From the IMG/VR virus record IMGVR_UViG_3300045988_138000: a stretch of DNA of 64,000 nt, one strand, 5' to 3'. Shown here piece after piece: positions 63,489 through 64,000 of this stretch. Both the position numbers and the translations under genes were made by a program. Origin of the DNA: a virus. Positions within the stretch are counted from its first letter, which is position 1. Each line of letters begins with the position of its first letter. A model generated the notes under the pieces. It made no database searches, had not been told where the DNA came from, and saw nothing but the letters and a program-made list of their open reading frames with translations.

Positions 63489-64000
63489 TTGGTGCTTGGG
63501 GACGTAGATGCGCTCCGTCACGAGGTTGTTGGCTGTAGCCGACAAGGTGGAACGATGGGTAAACTCTTCTATGCAGTCGAAGCGGTCTTCGGGCATTTGA
63601 TAAGAGGATATGAATACGGGGTGCGTTTGCTGCTCACACCACTGATAGAATCGTTCATAGTCGAAACCTTCCGCCTTGTTATATACGTTGGTATCTTCGT
63701 ATGGAATGTCGCAATAAATCACGCTGTCTTCGGGTATCGTGACTTCTTCGTAATCAAGCACAGAGGACGTGATAGGTAGAAACTGCCCCCCCCGAATACC
63801 TGGGCAGACTGTGCTGCCGTTCTCGGTATTGCAAGCGATGCAACTCGCTCTGTCCGCTCGCCGTGCTCGACTTGTCCTGTGATTTTTTTTTTTTTGAAAG
63901 ACTGGATTTGACAGCCTTTCCAAGGGGTGATATTCCGAAATGTATTGAGCCTTTCGTTTGTCTCCAATCTCGGCAAGTCTTTTCTGCCCCCCCAATTCTG
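63447..64000 (-). pseudogene. D12-class Dam-like N6-adenine methyltransferase, reading frame broken at homopolymer tracts; 5' end outside the window
   Basis: The catalytic half is intact in one frame (VIYCDIPYEDT, VFISSYQ). The FGGG SAM-motif (AQVFGGGS) is encoded in another frame upstream of a C8 run (63786-63793). A T13 run (63883-63895) and a C7 run (63987-63993) also lie in the gene. Confidence 0.6.

Noticed and set aside
1-64000. Integrated prophage boundaries, integrase, transposase or IS elements
   Set aside because: No recombinase-like ORF or att-like boundary was recognised. Maintenance appears plasmid-like, although the rest of the element lies outside the window.

Overview
This 64-kb window is coded almost entirely on the minus strand (79 of about 82 genes). 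It reads as a Bacteroidota (Prevotella/Bacteroides-like) temperate phage or phage-plasmid. The host call rests on repeated TAnnTTTG -7 promoter boxes, lipoprotein lipoboxes and an HU-like Bacteroidales-type protein. Layout: (1) 0-9.7 kb holds small early genes (two YopX, HNH, ASCH, a small methyltransferase and paralogous unknowns), several joined by a conserved TAG-CGT-ATG junction. (2) 10-18.3 kb is a replication module with a DnaN-like sliding clamp, an SSB-like protein, a 1226-aa primase/SF3 helicase and a DEDDh exonuclease. (3) 18.3-19.7 kb is a divergent regulatory region with a plus-strand HTH gene. (4) 21.5-24.9 kb is plasmid-type maintenance: Rep with iterons and an AT-rich stretch, ParA with an RHH ParG-like protein, and a ~600-bp centromere-like repeat field. 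(5) 25-44 kb is an accessory region. It contains lipoproteins, a domain-truncated NAD-ligase with a membrane tail, XRE regulators, a truncated HsdM-like protein, very acidic proteins and many unknowns. These genes are separated by stereotyped hairpin + CTATAATA junctions, and the region also holds two paralogous GC-rich non-coding tandem arrays. (6) 44.5-63.3 kb is a virion/tail block with three fibre-like proteins, a 937-aa protein and a possible portal. Embedded in it are an acyl carrier protein + beta-ketoacyl synthase pair, an SPFH lipoprotein and an HU-like protein. The window ends inside a Dam-like methylase gene broken at homopolymer tracts. No rRNA, tRNA, CRISPR array, integrase, transposase or reverse transcriptase was recognised. 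All functional calls come from motif recognition by eye on the supplied translations and sequence; no database search was run.
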